From an uncultured bacterium (GTDB taxonomy: Bacteria > UBA8481): 64,000 nucleotides of DNA. The notes under the pieces were generated by a model, which did not search any database, was not told the origin of the DNA, and worked only from the letters and a program-made list of their open reading frames with translations. The DNA lies in assembly GCA_964499705.1 (NCBI GenBank), contig CAZCME010000008.1:1-64000 (forward strand), in the 5' to 3' direction. Positions 59,945 through 64,000 of this stretch are shown here, piece by piece (the stretch's first letter is position 1; every line of letters begins with the position of its first letter). The position numbers and the translations under genes are program-made.

Positions 59945-61207
59945 TTACCGGCTCCGCGCATCGAGAAATGCGCCGGCTTTGACCCGGGTCTCGTGAGCCT
60001 CCCGCATCGGATCGGAGTCGGCGACAATACCCGCACCTGCAGCGAGGCGGATCTTTCCGTCCCTTACGATCGCGGTGCGGATGGCGATATTGAAGACCGC
60101 GTCTCCCTCGCTTCCCAGCATGCCGATCGACCCCGTGTAAAGTCCCCGCCGAAATGTTTCCAGTTCGTCGATGATCTCCATCGCCCTCACCTTCGGGCAA
60201 CCCGTGATCGTCCCCCCGGGAAAAACCGCTCGCATCACTTGCGACAGCTTCGTCCCCGGACGAAGTTCCGCGGCCACCTGGGAAACAATGTGATGAAGAT
60301 GGGAGTATGTCTCCACGGTCAGAAGTTCCTCCACCTTCACCGATCCGGGGACCCCGATCCGGCCGAGATCGTTCCGTTCCAGGTCGATCAGCATGATATG
60401 CTCGGCGCGTTCCTTGGGATCGCGGGGAAGATTTTCCGGAGCCTCCTCGCGCGGGTACGTCCCTGCGATGGGACGCGTCACGATGCGAAAGCCTTCGATC
60501 CGGAAAAGAAGCTCGGGTGAAGCGGATACGATTGCCGCGGGGGCAAAGCCATCGACGCCGGGCAGTTCGATATACGCGGAATACGGTGATGGATTCCTGC
60601 GTGACAGTTCCGCAAAAAGCCCCCACGCATCCCCCTCGAAATCCGCCTCGAACCACCGCGCCAGGTTGACCTGATATATGTCTCCTGCGGCTATGAATTC
60701 CCGCGCTCGCCGGACCATGCCGGCGTAGTGTTCATCGTCGAGAGATTCCTTCCATTCAGAAATCCGAAAAGCCTGTCTGCCGGCACGAGAATCCGGACAC
60801 GATGCACGCTCCACCGCGCGCATGATCTCCTCATCACCGCCACCCGGCCCTCCCACCCTGATGTCCAATTTAGTCCCGGAACAAGCGACGTATTTATCGA
60901 CGCTGATGCGTATTATCTCGGGCCAAGGTAAATATTCCATTTTCCGGAGGGGCAGGTATTCGAAGCGGCGGCCGTAATCGTAGGACAGCACGAGCAGTTC
61001 ACGAGGCGAGATCAGCCCGTCCGCGGCCGTTCGGTTGAGCTCCTTTCCAAAAACCACTTCTTCATAGGGCTCAGAAGTGACATGCCCGGCGCGCACGAGA
61101 TAGCTCCAGCCCTCCGGGGTGTGGAGGATGGCCGTGAATCCAAGAGGTCGGAGCGCATGATACAGCGTAATGGGATCGAGAGTCGTGGAAGGAGCAAGTG
61201 GTCTCAT
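59945..61207 (-). CDS. Chorismate-binding enzyme, aminodeoxychorismate/anthranilate synthase component I family (PabB-like)
   Basis: AGDIYQVNL, NPSPYSAY, SASPELL, TRPIAGT, KERAEHIMLIDLERNDLGR, FPGGTITGCPKVRAMEII, NIAIRT, GAGIVADS. Start taken at ATG 61207. Confidence 0.92.
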   Translation of the reverse strand: MRPLAPSTTLDPITLYHALRPLGFTAILHTPEGWSYLVRAGHVTSEPYEEVVFGKELNRTAADGLISPRELLVLSYDYGRRFEYLPLRKMEYLPWPEIIRISVDKYVACSGTKLDIRVGGPGGGDEEIMRAVERASCPDSRAGRQAFRISEWKESLDDEHYAGMVRRAREFIAAGDIYQVNLARWFEADFEGDAWGLFAELSRRNPSPYSAYIELPGVDGFAPAAIVSASPELLFRIEGFRIVTRPIAGTYPREEAPENLPRDPKERAEHIMLIDLERNDLGRIGVPGSVKVEELLTVETYSHLHHIVSQVAAELRPGTKLSQVMRAVFPGGTITGCPKVRAMEIIDELETFRRGLYTGSIGMLGSEGDAVFNIAIRTAIVRDGKIRLAAGAGIVADSDPMREAHETRVKAGAFLDARSR

Positions 61208-61233
61208 GAGAGATGCGAAGAAAGAGGAATGAG

Positions 61234-61920
61234 CTACGGCTGAGAATCGCGCGAAAGATCCAGCCGAAAGCGCCCGGCTGCGCCGACGCCCACGATCTCC
61301 TTCATCGTCTCTATAGCCAGGAGCATTCCGGCGGCCTGGAGAGAAACGATCGACGCCAGGGGCGACGGATGGCCAAGAATTTCGCGGCCGCACTCGACGA
61401 ATTCCCGGCCCGCAACGGCCCGAAGCGGGCTTGAAGCGTCGGCAATGCGACTCGCGCCGCATCCGGGAGATTCCTCGCCACGCGTGAGCGTGATCTTTCC
61501 CGTGCCCGCCGCGTTCAGGTAGGCCGACGTCGTCTCGATAATGCCAGGATCCCCGGTCAATTCCACGCTCGCGCGCTCCATCCGCCGCTGGCCATCCGGA
61601 CCGAAGTCCCGGAGCACAAACTGGCGGGAGAATCGATCGGGATCAATCCCTCCCGCGATCGCGGGGACGATCTGGACATCGTCGCCATCGTTCAAGGCGG
61701 TATCGAGCCCCTCACAGAAGCGAACGTCGAGGCCGTTGACGAAGATATTGACGAAACGCTGCAACTCGCCGCGCTGATCGAGCATATGTTCCCGAAGTCC
61801 GGCGTACCGGCCGCAGAGTTCCTGCAGCATGATGCGCACGGACGAAGCCGCGACAACGGCGGAGGCATCACCACGGGTCACTTTCCTGAATGCGGAGGGA
61901 ATCTGAACCGTGACCGACAT
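61234..61920 (-). CDS. MoaD/ThiS/CysO-type ubiquitin-like domain fused to a degenerate ThiF/MoeB-like domain
   Basis: MSVTVQIPSAFR..RFVNIFVNGLDVRF..GLDT.L.DGD.V.IVPAIAGG continues in frame into DRFSRQFVL..FG.DGQ.RM..ASV.....YLNAAGTGKI; no GxGxxG and no CxxC pairs. Start taken at ATG 61920. Confidence 0.85.
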   Translation of the reverse strand: MSVTVQIPSAFRKVTRGDASAVVAASSVRIMLQELCGRYAGLREHMLDQRGELQRFVNIFVNGLDVRFCEGLDTALNDGDDVQIVPAIAGGIDPDRFSRQFVLRDFGPDGQRRMERASVELTGDPGIIETTSAYLNAAGTGKITLTRGEESPGCGASRIADASSPLRAVAGREFVECGREILGHPSPLASIVSLQAAGMLLAIETMKEIVGVGAAGRFRLDLSRDSQP

Positions 61921-61924
61921 GAAA

Positions 61925-62539
61925 TTATTTTGCTTCAGGCGATTTCCGCCTGGATTCACGTATGGGGCCGCCCATTCCCGAGACCGGCGCCAGGTGCGGC
62001 CTGGCCCATTCCGCCCATCGAGTCGTGGCGTGATTCGCGATGACCTCCCGATAAAACATCTTCGATTCCACGGAGCGTCCCTGGATCTCGGAAATGTCGC
62101 CCATCTTGAACTTGGCTTCCGCGAGTCGTTCCTGGCCGTAATCCTTGTGCTTTTCGATGAGATACCTGAACGCTTCCGCAGCTCCGTCCAGATCGCCGTT
62201 TGCCTGCTGACACAAGCCGAGCATGTACACGCCATGCGCGGCGTACGAATCAGCCGGATTTTTCAGGACGATAGCCGCGAAATAAGGGGCGGCCTCGCCG
62301 TATTGCTTCTGGTCGAATCGTGTAACGCCGTTCTGAAAGAGTTGATCGGGCCTCGATGCGAGATCCATGTTGAAGGGGGCCATGCCGTCCAAGCCATTCG
62401 CCAACCGCAACGGAACCCGCGCGGGGGACTGCGTCGTCATCGAAGGCGACGGCGGCGACGACGGCTCCTTTCCGCATGATGTTCCCAGGAGAAACGCAAT
62501 CAGAAACAGAAGACCTCGCACCACAAGACGTTTCATCAT
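61925..62539 (-). CDS. TPR lipoprotein (CpoB/BamD-like)
   Basis: Lipobox-like LGTSC; TPR helices (LFQNGVTRFDQKQYGEA, YMLGLCQQANGD..AAEAF, AKFKMGDI). Confidence 0.8.
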   Translation of the reverse strand: MMKRLVVRGLLFLIAFLLGTSCGKEPSSPPSPSMTTQSPARVPLRLANGLDGMAPFNMDLASRPDQLFQNGVTRFDQKQYGEAAPYFAAIVLKNPADSYAAHGVYMLGLCQQANGDLDGAAEAFRYLIEKHKDYGQERLAEAKFKMGDISEIQGRSVESKMFYREVIANHATTRWAEWARPHLAPVSGMGGPIRESRRKSPEAK

Positions 62540-62609
62540 CTCATCATCACCTCTATCGTAGGAGTTTAAGCATAACGGTCATATCGGATGGCCTCAAGCC
62601 CGCACATGC

Positions 62610-63287
62610 TCATGATCGGTGTGCTCCGCAGACCTGGCAGGTTGTGTCCGCCTGGAAGGATTGAAATCGAGCGCGCGCGGAACGCGCATGGAATGTCCAA
62701 AGGTTCCTTTCCCATCGCCCCACTTGTCCCGACAGCAGTCGAACAGCTTCATCCGCGGCAAGAAGGCCCGCCAGACCGGCGACCGGACCTAGGATTCCGT
62801 CCCGTTGGCAATCGGCGGTATCCACTGAATCCGCGGTATCGAAAAGGCATCGCAGGCATCCTGGGCCGCGAATTGTAAGACCCTGAGCTTCCCATCCCGA
62901 TGCGCCTGCATGAACGAGCGTGATCCCGCGGCGAACTATAGCATCGTGAAGGACAAGCTTGGCATCTGCCCGGTCTACCGCCTCTATGATTATGTCATAC
63001 CGATCAAGGAATTCCTCATCGCCTCTCACCACCTGATCGTGAGTAAAAAACCGTACGGACGCGGCGCCCGGCAACCGGCTCAGCGCGACGGCCGCGCGCT
63101 CAACCTTTCGCATTCCCAGGTCCTGCTCCGTGAATAAGAGCTGCCTATGAAGATTGGATACTTGAACGACATCATGGTCGGCCAGGCCGATAACGGGCAC
63201 GCCCGAAGATGCGAGGTGCAACAAGGCGGGGCATCCGATTCCCCCGACTCCCATCACCAGAACACTCTGATTTGTCGCCGTCGCCAT
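62610..63287 (-). CDS. ThiF/MoeB/HesA family adenylyltransferase (E1-like), lacking the usual N-terminal RYSRQ segment
   Basis: VLVMGVGGIG, DHDVVQVSNLHRQ, K, GCLRCLF, DCQRDGILGP, CQVCG. Confidence 0.92.
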   Translation of the reverse strand: MATATNQSVLVMGVGGIGCPALLHLASSGVPVIGLADHDVVQVSNLHRQLLFTEQDLGMRKVERAAVALSRLPGAASVRFFTHDQVVRGDEEFLDRYDIIIEAVDRADAKLVLHDAIVRRGITLVHAGASGWEAQGLTIRGPGCLRCLFDTADSVDTADCQRDGILGPVAGLAGLLAADEAVRLLSGQVGRWERNLWTFHARSARARFQSFQADTTCQVCGAHRS

Positions 63288-63359
63288 TGTGTCAAATCTT
63301 ACTGTAATTAGAGATGGCGAACTATTGCAAAGGCATATTTAAGAAGTTACACTTCAGGC

Positions 63360-64000
63360 ATGCGGCGCTTGAAAAATGTTCGTCGACTCGTGGACGGACA
63401 AGGCATGGTGGAAACCGGCCTGGTGATGGGGCTTATCGCCGTGCTTGCTCTCGCGTCCATCTGGGTCCTTGCGACCTATCTCGGTAAGGAAGCCAAGGGC
63501 GAGGCCGGTGCCCAATCTCAAAGCCAAAGCGAATTCAATCAAGCCATGACCGATGCTGCTGGCGGCAAAGCGCTCAACACAACATCCGTCCAGACCACCG
63601 TAACCACGGGCGCTACGACAACGACCGTGGCTACGACAACTACGGTCGCAACGACTACCGCTGCGACGACGACAGCCGCGACAACGACTGCCGCGACAAC
63701 GACTGCCGCGACAACGACTGCCGCGACAACGACTGCCGCGACTACCACCGCCGCGACTACCACCGCTGCAACGACGACTACAACGACGACAACTACCACC
63801 ACTACTGCCGCGACTACAACCGCGGCAACAACAACGGGCGCTACTACGACAGGTGCCACCACGACCGCCGCGACGACAACAACAGCAGCGACCACCACCA
63901 CGAGCACAACGACTACAACAACCACCCCCGCCTGCAATCCCACGATCACCAGCGTAAGCTGGGGTTCGACGAGCTGGCCCACCTCCTTCTTATATGATTA
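63360..64000 (+). CDS. Flp/Tad pilin-like N-terminus followed by a Thr/Ala-rich stalk (open to window end; not in the ORF track)
   Basis: Manual translation: MRRLKNVRRLVDGQGMVETGLVMGLIAVLALASIWVLATYLGKEA..., a G|QxxxE prepilin motif plus hydrophobic helix, then AATTT repeats; no stop before 64000. Confidence 0.8.
   Translation, partial: MRRLKNVRRLVDGQGMVETGLVMGLIAVLALASIWVLATYLGKEAKGEAGAQSQSQSEFNQAMTDAAGGKALNTTSVQTTVTTGATTTTVATTTTVATTTAATTTAATTTAATTTAATTTAATTTAATTTAATTTAATTTTTTTTTTTTAATTTAATTTGATTTGATTTAATTTTAATTTTSTTTTTTTPACNPTITSVSWGSTSWPTSFLYD
63675..63764 (+). repeat. 15-bp coding tandem repeat (AATTT)
   Basis: Four exact GCCGCGACAACGACT copies followed by two GCCGCGACTACCACC copies, within a longer degenerate tract. 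Confidence 0.9.

Noticed and set aside
63539-63982. 147-aa Val/Ala-rich minus-strand ORF
   Set aside because: Mirror of the Thr/Ala repeat on the + strand, which has a credible pilin-like N-terminus.

Overview
GC-rich bacterial window; the taxon cannot be determined from the sequence. Left to right: (1) a cluster of insertion-sequence pieces: the left end of an IS21-family element that carries a Cys-rich gene and a ParB-like gene ahead of istA, a probable IS3-type end, and a truncated IS110 transposase with a structured leader. (2) yebC next to a ClpA/B-type AAA+ ATPase fused to a release-factor-2-like domain lacking GGQ. (3) The conserved dxr-rseP-ispG cluster. (4) A translationally coupled operon of PqqD/RRE, ATP-grasp ligase, PLP fold-III decarboxylase, urea-transporter::M23 fusion and chagasin, with a divergent secreted TPR gene. 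(5) Assorted secreted and metabolic genes. (6) Two tandem paralogous secreted proteins of 9487 and 2281 aa with an N-terminal PLD-like domain and a T9SS/FlgD-like C-terminus, separated by a GxxExxY nuclease gene framed by 29-bp inverted repeats. (7) A ThiF/MoeB - TPR lipoprotein - MoaD::inactive-E1 - pabB-like cluster that looks like a split, heterodimeric E1. (8) The start of an Flp-pilin-like gene with a Thr/Ala mucin-like stalk. I saw no rRNA, tRNA or CRISPR array. All family assignments come from motif recognition by eye; no database search was run.
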